From contig CM060734.1 in the NCBI GenBank assembly GCA_030704615.1, positions 11,408,001 through 11,472,000 on the forward strand: a stretch of 64,000 nt of DNA, read 5' to 3'. Shown in pieces: positions 40,400 to 51,555 of the stretch. The position numbers were made by a program, and so were the translations under genes. The notes below the pieces were generated by a model, which did not search any database, was not told the origin of the DNA, and saw nothing but the letters and a program-made list of their open reading frames with translations. Origin of the DNA: Takakia lepidozioides (taxonomy: Eukaryota > Plantae > Bryophyta). The first letter of the stretch is position 1, and every line of letters starts with the position of its first letter.

Positions 40400-43300
40400 G
40401 GCTCTAATAACTACTCCCTCCTCCCTCATCTTCATTTTCTTGAGGCTTGCCTCGTCTAAAATTTGTTGTACACGACTAGGTTCGGAAGACCTCCTCATGG
40501 ACATCGAAGCAAGCCGGGCAGCATAAGTAGGAAGGATGTAGTCCCTTTCTGGACTCGGCATGAAATCCCTCCTAGCAAAAAAATGCACGTTCCTCCTGCC
40601 CATGAACTGCGGTGTAGATGTCCCTCCTGCAGTACTTGGCATCCTACAGTAAGAACAAATCCACTTTAAGAATGTCAATACCAGCAGAAGCAGAAAGGGT
40701 CTTTCAATGAAATAAGAGAGCAAAGGGAGGTGCCTCACGAAATCAGGAGGCAACTTACAATGCGACCACTCACTCGTAAACGGGGGGCTCCTCGGCCTTG
40801 ATCCCAACTTGTACCTCCCCCTGTTCCTTCTCGGATTCTTCCTCATCCTCCGAGGATGCCTCTTCCTCTTTCGGCAGACGTTCAGCCGCTGCTAGTTCCG
40901 AGTTGTGGAGGGCAGTATCTGGCTCGAAGGCGAAGACATGCCTGTTGGACAACGTCCCAGCCCACATTGAAGCACCTGAGGGACAAAGCGGGCGGTTAGT
41001 AGCATGCGGCATGCAATTACAATCGGGCCAGGGGACATACTGTGCACGTGAAGGCTTACCTGTGCCGCATGTGAGGTCAAGAATCCGCCCTTGGACATCG
41101 GAGCACGTCTCCATGAGGGTTTGGCTGAAAGCAGGGCTCCGGGTCCGGCTATACCGCCACGGTTTGCCTGTCTTTGTGTCCTTCGGCATACTGGAGTGGG
41201 GCACATAGTTGTAGAGGACATCGTAGGTAACAGGGTCCACAACGGCATCAACAAGACGACCATCATTGCGGAATTTGAACGTAGATCCTCTCTTCACAAA
41301 ACAATATGCCTCAAACACCAATGTCTACACATCCAACAAAAGAGGGATCAACTCCAAGGTCTAGTTTAGATACACCAGAAGGCAATAGATTGATAACTTA
41401 CACTCTGGCCCTCTGTTTGCAACCCCTACGTATTGATGCAGAACCATTTTTTGAGGAGGACCGGGGTGGCACTTTTCGGTGTCCACCTTGCCACAACATT
41501 CTCTGTGGTCTTCCCTTTTGTGGCAAGGACCACCATACATCCACCGTCATCCAGGAGCATCCCCGCCAGCCCAAACCCGGCTCTCCAGTAGTCCTCAGTA
41601 AACTTGTTCTAGGTGGGCACACCATCCAGGCCCTCGAGCAGCTCCCCATCTGGAATATCGAGGAGAATCATATCGCAGGCTCTCTCCACCTCACCCCCCC
41701 CCCCCCCCCCCCCCCGAGTGCTCGTACAATCCGTCCTCACAGCCGCGAAGAATTCCATCATGGCTTCCAAACCAGGGGTGTCTTTAGGCTCTGTAGCGGC
41801 AGCCCTCTTCTTCGCTTTCCCTTTCAGCTCCTCCAGAGACTTGTTGTGTGCCACCTTCTTTGCCCTGGCAGCCAGAGCGTCAAGGAAGCTCTCATTGACG
41901 CATTGGATGATTGTTGGGGGTTCTAACTTTGGATTGTGGGGAAACGACACCGCCGAATACCGCCGTGTAGACTCGCACTCAAATGCCAACTTCTTGGCAG
42001 AGCCAGTCCCAATCCGAACTGACTTGGGAACCCGGACTATCGGTGACTTGGCTAGATGATGCAGCTTCTCCAGTGTCATTGTGGGCTTAAGAGCGCGGGA
42101 GTAGTGCTTCCCCACCTCCACCAGAAAGTCGGCACCAAGGGCGGGATCAGCAATGGCCACGTACTTCACCATCCGCGACTTGTACTTGATGTGAGCCTTC
42201 GCCTCCGCAGCTTTCAGATACGATTCCAGTGCCGGGAGGGTTAGTTTCTTCTCCTCTGACTCCATGTACAACCTCCGCGCATGTGCCAAATCCTGCTGAA
42301 TTTTTGTCTGTCAACAATGCGCACATAAGATTAGAAATCCTGGTCCACACTTTTTCTTCTATTGGGGGAGCAAAGACAGATTAGGTCAACAAAAGAGTTG
42401 GGAGCTGTACCCGAAATATGTAGTCCACCATGGCGTCCATGCTCAGCCTATACCAGGTTCTGTCTGCCTTTGCCTCCGGCTTGCGCAGTAGGTTGGCACT
42501 GAGCAAATTGGCAAACTCTTGCACCCCCTGCTTCCTGACATCCTTCACTCGGAAGAGCATGTGGGACAAGTTGGTGGCAATGAAGGCATTCTCAGTCACC
42601 CTGCAATGCCACATTTCCATTAAACGATACTGAAATGAGAATTTGCAACAAATATGACGATTGGCAATGAAATGAGTGTTTCAAATTCAAAGTTCCAAAG
42701 CAAGAGGCATTGTAACTTACGAGTTGATGTCTGCCATTGCAGCTTTGAGAAGACTGCGATCTTTGGGCCCCGCAACCTTCAGCACAACACACTCCACGGC
42801 GTAATGCCAATCCAGGTCGTTGGGGGTGGGCTTGGGCTATGTGCTCCATCCATGCCAGGAGGCGATGATTGTTGTCCCACACGTAAAACATCTTTCCGCA
42901 CAAGTGGTGGAAAAGAGGATCAGTAGCAATCAATCTTTCGAACTCCTCATTTCGCCTTTGCCAATGGGGACCCCATTTGTCCACCTCATCGGAAGTGTGG
43001 GCACGAGAAGCTCCGTGGTTGTTCTCAATGGAAACATAAAACGCGGCAGACCCCATTCGATATCCCTCCCGGAAAGAGAATTTCAGCTTGTCGATATCGC
43101 CTAGGAGTGCAGGTCTCACCACCTGCAATGATATGGCAGAGAGGAATCCGAAGCTTTGTTGGGTACACCATGCCTCCTAGGACCCTGCCAATGTTGCTGT
43201 GGGTTGCCTCCAACATCTTGGCAGCGGCCAACTTCATATCCGCCTCCGACATGACGTCTGCTGCAGGGGGGTTCTCCGGCAGCCCACCAGGACCACCAAA

Positions 43301-43739
43301 TCCAGCCTGTATGCTCTGGGTTTGGGCCTGGGAATCTCCGGGAGGATGTCATCCTGGTCAGAAAGGTCCCTCTCGTCGTCCTCAACTTCGTCAATCACCG
43401 GCGGAAGCACCTCGTGCCCTCTCCCCGTCTTCACCTCCACCTCCGACATTCCGTGGTCTTTGTGGTGTTCTATCCCCTCCCCCAGTCTCCACCATATGGG
43501 TAATTACGGGGGCTGGTCCCACCCGTGATGGTGTAACCGGTAAGGATGCTGACACTCTCACGTGCCTTGGTGGGTGCTCTGTTCAGACCCCCCTCGGCAG
43601 CCTGTGATGGCTCTCTCACCGGGGATTGCATGTGCTTGGGTTTCTTCTTCCTCTTTGCGTGGGCGGGCCCTCCTGCATGTGCATCAGCTTCTTGGATTGG
43701 TGGATCTGCTGTCCTCATGCGACACCCTGCACCTGCCAT
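40400..43739 (-). pseudogene. ParB-like domain + beta-class N4C/N6A-type methyltransferase fusion gene, copy A (spliced; stops and frameshifts)
   Basis: LRIPLC..QVVRPALLGDIDKL...FYVWDNNHRLLAW; motif IV DMILLDIPD; PWRYSRTRSPAFSQTLMETCSDVQGRILDLTCGTG|ASMWAGTLSNRHVFAFEPD (motifs X, I, II). Confidence 0.75.
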
Positions 43740-44709
43740 GCCGGCTGCACCAACCTCCCGAATGCCTATTCAGGCGTACTCCCGTTCCAGGGCCTCCCGT
43801 CCACCAACAAAAGTAGCAACTTCCTATGAGCCCTCCCGCGCCCGCTTTGGCTCCCCGAATATGTGAAGCAAGTGGTCCGCAGACTGCTGCCGATGACTGT
43901 CCGACTGCGCTCGATGAGTAGCCGCTTTTGGAGTGAGTGCACGAGGAGTTGGAGCTGTCGACGATACCACCACCGTGTCAAGCTCGTCTTCACTCTGTCA
44001 TCCCCAACAAGAGCGCCACCACGTCCCAAAAACGAGGCAGTCGTGAGAGGAAGAGTAGGGAGTGGCATGGAACAACCATGAGAGCAAAACCAAGTAAAGG
44101 CAAAAAAGCACATGAAGAAGGACATTCACAAGGATGCTAAAACAAAGAAAACAAAGCCAATCAGACGACCGCACATGATATAGAGAGAGGAGGAAGTTGG
44201 GGCTTGCCTGAGAGTGCTCCGCTTCAGTTGGCGCGGGCTGCGAGCAAGACAAGGGGATCTCCTGCTGGAGTTTCAACTTGGCCATGCGAGATGTTGGACG
44301 CATTCCGTAGTACAAAGGTTTGAGTTTGCGCCGCGCTTTGGAAGTGGGGTTTCTCTCAGGAGACCCAGGAACTCCTCCACGCGGCATAAGTCCGACTAAC
44401 AGATAACTCTCCCGCAGAATGCGTGTGTACAACCCTCGAGCGGGACTTCATCCACCCGTCACATCAGGGGTTCGATGCGTATAGGAGAAGGCAGCGCGGA
44501 ATCCGTGCCCACTGCAGACGACTTCACCAATGGCTGCGGACAATGAATGCTGGCCGGCGCACTTCAATGTCATAGGTCTGGAGCTTGCCCTCGATCCGCC
44601 CAAGACGTCATCATCCACGCAGCCCTGCATGGAAAAACCTGTCAGAGATGAGCCAGGAGCGCCACCTGGCCCTCGATCCACCCGAGACGTCACCATCGAC
44701 GAGCCCCTT

Positions 44710-45500
44710 GATGGAAAACCGGCGCCAAATTTCCATCCTGCAGGTAAGTCGGAGCTCCCCCGGATGGAAAACCGGCGCCAAATTTCAATCCAGCAGGTAA
44801 GTAGGGGCTCCCCCGGATGGAAAACCGGCGCCGAATTTCCATGCAACGGACGACATTTGTAGGGATAACGTACAAAAAAAATGGCCCGCAGGGAGAAAAC
44901 TCTAAGTTGAGGGTCGGATCATACAAAAAAACTCGAAAAAGGTCATGTAACGACTGAAAATGGTTGATGACGGCTCCATACGGGCGTCCTCGGATGGAAA
45001 TTCGGCGCCGTTTTTCCATCCGGGGGATGATTTCTGGCAGCCACGTGTCGGCCTCTCCCCCCGAGACGACTTCATCCAAGCCCCCTCGGATGGAAATTCG
45101 GCGTTGTTTTTCCATCCGGGGGATGATCTCTGGCAGCCACGTGTCGGCCTCTCCCCCCGAGACGACTTCATCCAAGCCCCCTCGGATGGAAATTTGGCGC
45201 CGTTTTTCCATCCACGGGGATCTCTGGCAGCCACGTGTCGGCCTCTCCCCCCCAAGACGACTTCATCCAAGCCCCCTCGGATGGAAATTCGGCGCTGTTT
45301 TTCCATCCGGGGGATAATCTCTGGCAGCCACATGTCGGCCTCTCCCCCCGAGACGACTTCATCCAAGTCCCCTCGGATGGAAATTCGGCGCCGTTTTTCC
45401 ATCCGGGGGATTAACTCTGGCAGCCACATGTCGGCCTCTCCCCCCGAGACAACTTCAACCCAGCCCCCTCGGATGGAAATTCGGCGCCGTTTTTCCATCC
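44710..45500. repeat. Two oppositely oriented tandem arrays of a 30 bp quasi-palindrome GGATGGAAA-N12-TTTCCATCC
   Basis: 3 units at ~53 bp period (44710, 44762, 44815) and 6 units at ~96 bp period (44992, 45088, 45184, 45279, 45375, 45471). Central GGCGCC. Confidence 0.9.
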
Positions 45501-45863
45501 TGAGATGGGCTTCGATGAGCATGTTAGCGCCATCTCCTACCGTGTAGGTCTTTCGCGGGATGAGCGGTTTTATGGAGCCTCATGTCGAAGTAAATGTTGC
45601 GCCTCATTCCCGGGTACGGGCATATTAAATGCTGTGCTTTTCTTTGCCACTTGTCTAAATTCGCTCGTCACCCACGTGTTTAACCGAGACAGCAACAGCC
45701 CTTCCGAGCTCCGAGCTCCTCTCACTTCCTCTCCTCCCACACTCCCACTTCCCTGCGCACCCTCTCTGCTTCCTAGCAGCCCTTTCAATAGTCGGCGTTG
45801 GCGTGCTGGGATCCCAGCATCTGCCCAAACAAGCATCTCACCCCGTGGGACTTCTCGCCCAAG

Positions 45864-46454
45864 TCAGGGGATATTTTCATATTCCTGCAGGATTGGATAG
45901 ACCATTCTTAGCAGAGGAGGGTCCACCTGTCCGCTCTTGAGTACCTTCCTGGCTTCCATGATCAGGCTCGCGGGGACGGGCTTGCGCGGCTTTGGTGCCT
46001 CCGAATCGTTGATCTGGCGCAGTATCCGCCTGCATGGAACATCCCCAAAAGCCGCACGGCCTTCATGTATCATTGGAGGTGCTGCCAGTGGGCCTACGAG
46101 GATTGCATCGGGTGTACGTACATGCCAGAGAGGATTCCATTGCAAACAGTGTATGGGGATATTCTCATAAGCTACGAGGATGAGTCCTATGGACATAGAG
46201 TCTCCACTGCAAAGATCTCGATTTACGATGGTGTATATATCGGAGGACATGACACCGTTGTCCACTATACCAAAGGAGAGCGGGCTGCATCCATTGTCTT
46301 CACCTACCAACACCCTGTCAGTCATGAGCTTGTTGAGAGGCCAGTCGAGGTTCCAGCTTCTTGGTGAGAACAGTGCAACACGGGAGCAAATTCCCAACTT
46401 ACCTGAGCATGGATGGCATGCATACTTTTGGCTTCCCTCGGCTTGTGAGGACAT
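45864..46454 (-). CDS. Uncharacterised ORF (possible transposon cargo)
   Basis: 196 aa ORF with protein-like composition and YENIP twice. No family recognised. Confidence 0.25.
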   Translation of the reverse strand: MSSQAEGSQKYACHPCSGKLGICSRVALFSPRSWNLDWPLNKLMTDRVLVGEDNGCSPLSFGIVDNGVMSSDIYTIVNRDLCSGDSMSIGLILVAYENIPIHCLQWNPLWHVRTPDAILVGPLAAPPMIHEGRAAFGDVPCRRILRQINDSEAPKPRKPVPASLIMEARKVLKSGQVDPPLLRMVYPILQEYENIP

Positions 46455-47599
46455 GCATACTTGTCACAGTTCATTATTAATAAAAATGCCTCATTTGAAC
46501 CAAAGGGGGGGTGCTATTCCGTGAGCCTGGAGGCGTGAGCCTGTGAGCCCAGGAAACCGTGAGCCTGTGAGCCCAGGAAACCGTGAGCCCAGCACAGGCT
46601 CACGCCACGTCAGCATGCATACATGGCCTATTTCCGCGGGTGTCACCTATTTCCGCGGGTTGATCAGCCATTTCCCGGGAATGCAGAGTGGATATGTTAC
46701 ATCCATTGTATCCATTGCATCCATCCAGACGTTATCAACATACCAAGCCCTCACAAGTTTATGTGGGTACGTCGTGAGGAGGTGCACACTGACATCATCT
46801 AAAGCGGATCCCTGCGAAATCTTTTCTTACTCACCACCCTTGCGAACATGCCAGGTATGTGCGGGAGCATCATGGATGCTCATTAGATTTGAGAATGCCT
46901 GAACGCTCTTTGATGAGGTGGACTTCACCGTGATGGATTCACCAACCATTCTTCTAGCACGAATGGTTTGGAGACCAACGAGCAAATGATGCGAGAATGC
47001 TCTACACGAACCAAAGTCGTTTGTTTGTTTTTGCAATGCACTCAAGTCTGTGAGGTCCACAAAACACTAAATAGATTGAAGGAACAATCCGGGCAGTCCA
47101 TGCAACCCCCATCTCCAACAATAGTTTGTTCCCATGAATGTGCATTCCACGTACACATTGCAAACAGGACAACAAGTACACACAACCATCCCATTTCAAA
47201 TTTGGCCCCGAATAAAACCAAAAGAAAACTTCATATCAAGTGTCACAGTCATCAAAATCAGTCTCGACCTCCTGTGCTATGTCATCCACAAAGATTCTGG
47301 CCCCAACACCACGTCTTCTACCACGGCCGTCAATGGGTGGACTCCGAGTGCCATGAACGGACATGCTTGCTGCGAGTGCCTCCACATAGACAGGTAGCAC
47401 GCAAGACCGAGGAGGACTAGAAAGAAGTCCAAATAGGTGTGATAGCCCTGGAGGGTAAGTGGAAGCACGCGGACTCCTGCACATGTCGACAAAAACCCAT
47501 TTTGAACACAATGATGCAATGCACATCCAACGAAGAGGATGTCTCCCATGTGAACTTTGCCTCAAGAACAGTGATTCTCGATATTGAAACAACAATGCA

Positions 47600-50500
47600 A
47601 GCATCCACAGGTTGAACTTACTCACAGGCAAAGTCGGAGTCCAGCTCCTTGTCGGAAGTCTCTTCTGTATCAATATCAGCGGGACGGGGCTTCGGAAGGA
47701 CTTGAGAAGGTGTCCACCCAAACCCATCAGTAGGTTCTTGTAAATCTCAGCATCCCCTTCAATCCCAAAGAGATGTCGCGCACTGGCCTTGCAAGCGTGG
47801 TACGAAGCACCTGCAGTGGAATAGAATGAAGGAAGCAGACATTGAAGACACATTTGGAACGGTGGGAAGTGCTGAAAGTGCAAGCTCAATCAAACCTCAT
47901 GAAATGTGAACGTTGAAGAGATGAACCTGTGCCCATTGACAAATCCAGAACTCTGGTGTCTGCGTAGGTGCAGCACTCCACAATCGTTTGAATGAAAGTC
48001 GGGCTCCTCTCCCTCGCCCCTCTCCAAGGAACCCCATTCCCCCTTTGCAAGCACACGTTGCTGTCGACGTAGTTGTGGTGCATGTCATCCGTGGGAGGAT
48101 CTGTCCTGTCGTCTATGAACTTGCCCCCATGAGTGATGGCGAACTCCACAATGCCGGCCGGAGTCGTTGGTGGATGCACTCGGACGAGACAAACAGCTTC
48201 AAACAAACGAGTCTGCGAACATGACATCCACAAGGAACCTTAAAAAATCAGGCCCCTACATATGAGTTCGAGCAACCTATACAACTCCATCCGAGAACCA
48301 CCAAGAAGAGGAAGAAGAAGACAAATTTACCATCTCTCCCGGACGATCCCCCTTCGTAAGGTACATGCTGTTCACACAATTCCATGTCTTCACGACTCTC
48401 ATGCCCGAGGCTTTCAAATAGCTGGCAAGTGCACGGCGACAGCGAACGTCGATGGACTGGATAAGCACCAAAACACCTGCATCGGACAGGAAAAAATTGC
48501 AAAAGGAGAAAACCCACCGCCAGTAGCGCTCATCAAAAGCATTCCAACCCGGACAAGCACCCGATGGAGGGACATCCGGGACTGCCAACCCATCAGGGAT
48601 GTCCAAGATGATGAGTTTGGCTGCATATGGCTTCTCCTTCCCGTTCACCCAAGATTTGGTCATTTTAGCCTGCAAACAAAATTACAATGGAATACTCAAG
48701 AGGATTGAAACGATCCATGCCCACAGCAGAGAAGAAGCAAAAGAGAACACGCACCGTGCCGAGGAACTCCACAATCCTCTCCCACACTGGTGATGGCTCG
48801 CCCTTGAAATCAGATTTCTTGGACTCCATCATGGCAAGGAACCCGACATTGGCCATCTCCAACCTGGTAGGGCGAATGACCCTCGTGGGATGTTCCACTG
48901 CATGGTACGGGTCCTTGGGATCAACCACCCCCTTGTTCTATCTCACGGATCCCCTACCATGCGGTGGAGTCTGCTGGACATGCACGACTGGGCCAATATC
49001 TGCAACACTTCCCTGCCCTTGTGCCACCTTCCCTCTACCCCTTCCTTTCCCCACAACACCAGCAACATCTTTTCCCTTTGCCTTTCTTCCTCTACCCGGG
49101 GTATCCTGAGCGGGAGGCTCCTTCTCTGCAAGAGTCCTCAAATTTCGTTCATGAATGTCGAGGTCGGCTGCTGCGGCAGTGGCTGCAATACGCTCATTCT
49201 CTCTCCTAAAAGACACCTCCGGAGCTGGGGTCTCAGAAGGAGGGCAATCCAAATACCAACCACAAGAAGAAAGATGGTATGGGCCCCAGTCATGCAAGAT
49301 CCCAGTAGTAAACATGGTCTGGTTGCCAGCAGGGACAAGCCAAAGGTCCACGAAATCTGGATGTTTGTCTAAGCAATTCTCTTCCATGAGAACAAACTTT
49401 ATGTACCTGCAGGAACAGAGACAGCCTCATTATGCAATGCAATTATTGTCTCTCAGCTTTTCCATCACACCAGGAAGACCCCCTTAAATAGTATGCGGCA
49501 CAGTACATTGCAACCACAGCACACTAAGTAGTCTGAACGGCCTAGGGTGTGCACCTGTAAAGGCATTGTTTCCAGGCTTCCTCTCCTTTTTCTTGCTGGT
49601 CAAGGTCATTTGTTCGACTGATGCCACCCTCCTTGCTGAACTCTCTAAAGAAACAAGAGTGCCACACTGTGGCTCTCCATTTCCTCATGTATGCTTCAAA
49701 GGAGACCTTCGGTGCTATCATAGTGATGCCATAGTCAGCCAGCTGAGTATGCAGAACCGACCGGGCCCTTTCTTCCAACTGCAAAACAATTCAAATGCAA
49801 GAATGAACCCAAAAACAATCACAGCGAATGTAAGAGGCAATGGAAAGAGAAGGACAGGAAAAGAGAAAAGAAAGTGACACAGGAAAGGACATCACATCTG
49901 GCTCCAGTAAGTGGCCTTGTGAAGCCATGTGTCCAGCACATTGTCACTGACAGGAATGACACGCTGGGTCTTCTTCTCTTTTTCCGGCCTGGGGAACATG
50001 TGGGTATCCCTAACTGTGGGATCGGAGTTCCATATCTGTAGCCACTTCACCTTCTGTTCTGAAGACACAACGGCGGTAGACAACCTGTGCAACTTCTCCT
50101 GGGCCATCTCTGGCTTGCCTAGCTTGTTATAATGGTTTTTAATCTCCAGGAGAAACTGCGATCCGAATGATGGGTTGGCAATTCTCAACTGCTTCACAAA
50201 AGCACTCATTATAGTCCTTCTTGTAGCGGTCATCTCTTTCTGGATGTGACTCTCAACCCCCTTTGCTGTCCTTCTCTCCTCAGGGGTTGAGCTGTAGTAT
50301 TCCAGTTTGCCACGCTCCCCTGCATCTGCAATGTCTTGCTGCAAGGGAATGCATGAGAGTTGCATCAACCCAAGGTCAAGGGAAACAAACAGAAACAAAC
50401 ATGTGGAAGCAGGAATATGGAAAGGCCAGATGAAGGAAGATGTATCTCACCGTGTACATGTACTCCATGAAAGCCTCATGGGTCAACGAGTACCACGTTT

Positions 50501-51400
50501 CCGATGTCTTGGAGCTTTTGCACTTCTTGTACGTCTCTGCTGAAAGGATGGTCTTGAAGTTGGTCAAGGGCATCTGCCCGATCCTTTGTATCCTATACAG
50601 TGTGTGAACCAGACTTGTTTTGACATGCGATGTCTCCGTCCCTCTGCAGAATGATATCTGAAAGTCAGAATGAAATTCAAGGACTTGAATCAAAGAACCA
50701 CGGAACCACAAATGGAACATGTAGAATGAGAAACCAACCTGTTCACATCATTCATTGCCGTCAGAAGACCCATCATGTTCCCGTCACAATCCAGCACCAT
50801 TGATCAAACAGAGTAATGCCACTCTTCCTCCTGTGAGTGCAGCCTCCCAATGACAGCCATCCATGCAAGCAACCGGTGGTTGCCATCCCAAACGTGAAAC
50901 ATCTTCCCTGAGAATGCCTGGGTGGAAGGTTTCCTGGAGAGAAGAAGTTCGAAGGATTCGTTCACCTGTCTCCAAATGGGATCCCAGGAGTCCACGATTG
51001 ACTCATCCACAAGGAGCTCATTGCCTCTGGAATCCTTTGTAGAAACGTAAAAGACTGCGGACCCATCCAAATACCCATGAACAAACTCGGCCTCCAGCTT
51101 CAGGATGTCCTTGATGAGGGGTGGACGAACGACGGGCATGGAAACCAACCTACACAGGGGAATCTTCAACCTCCCACCCGGGGCAAGCATACTTTGCACC
51201 ACAAGCTGAGAGTTTACCTTCTAACCCCCCAGCATCTCAGCGGCTTTGCTTTCATAGAACTCATCGTCAATATCAACAATGATCTTCTTCCCCTGCCCCG
51301 AAGGGATCTCCTCCGCCACACTTTGCATCTTCTCCTGCAGGGTTGTTCATTCAAATTGATATAAGAGAGAGGCATGAAACGATGGTGTTTAAGCATGGCA
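47600..51400 (-). pseudogene. ParB-like domain + beta-class N4C/N6A-type methyltransferase fusion gene, copy B (about 9 exons; a few frameshifts)
   Basis: LKIPLCRLVSMPVVRPPLIKDILKL...FHVWDGNHRLLAW; helical middle region; AAKLIILDIPDG...FLSDAGVLVLI; PWRGARERSPTFIQTIVECCTYADTRVLDLSMGTG|ASYHACKASARHLFGIEGD. GT-AG introns. Confidence 0.8.
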
Positions 51401-51555
51401 GACAGGCCCTGTGTGGCCAAATTTCTCACCAGAAAACAAGCATTGTGGGGGCCGAAAACACCGTGCGTTGCCGCACAATGTTTCAGCTTCCAAATTCAAG
51501 TGTTTTGAACATGATATTTGGCCCTATTCAAATGAAAAAAGCAATGACAAGGTGG

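Noticed and set aside
44690-45547. Repetitive ORFs (MEKRRRISIRGG…) on both strands
   Set aside because: They are by-products of the 96 bp tandem repeat, open in several frames, with no protein-family signal.
46065-46367. LRAT/NlpC-like motif (DGVYIGGHDTVVHYT) on the + strand
   Set aside because: No catalytic His-His or NCE motifs, and it overlaps a longer opposite-strand ORF.
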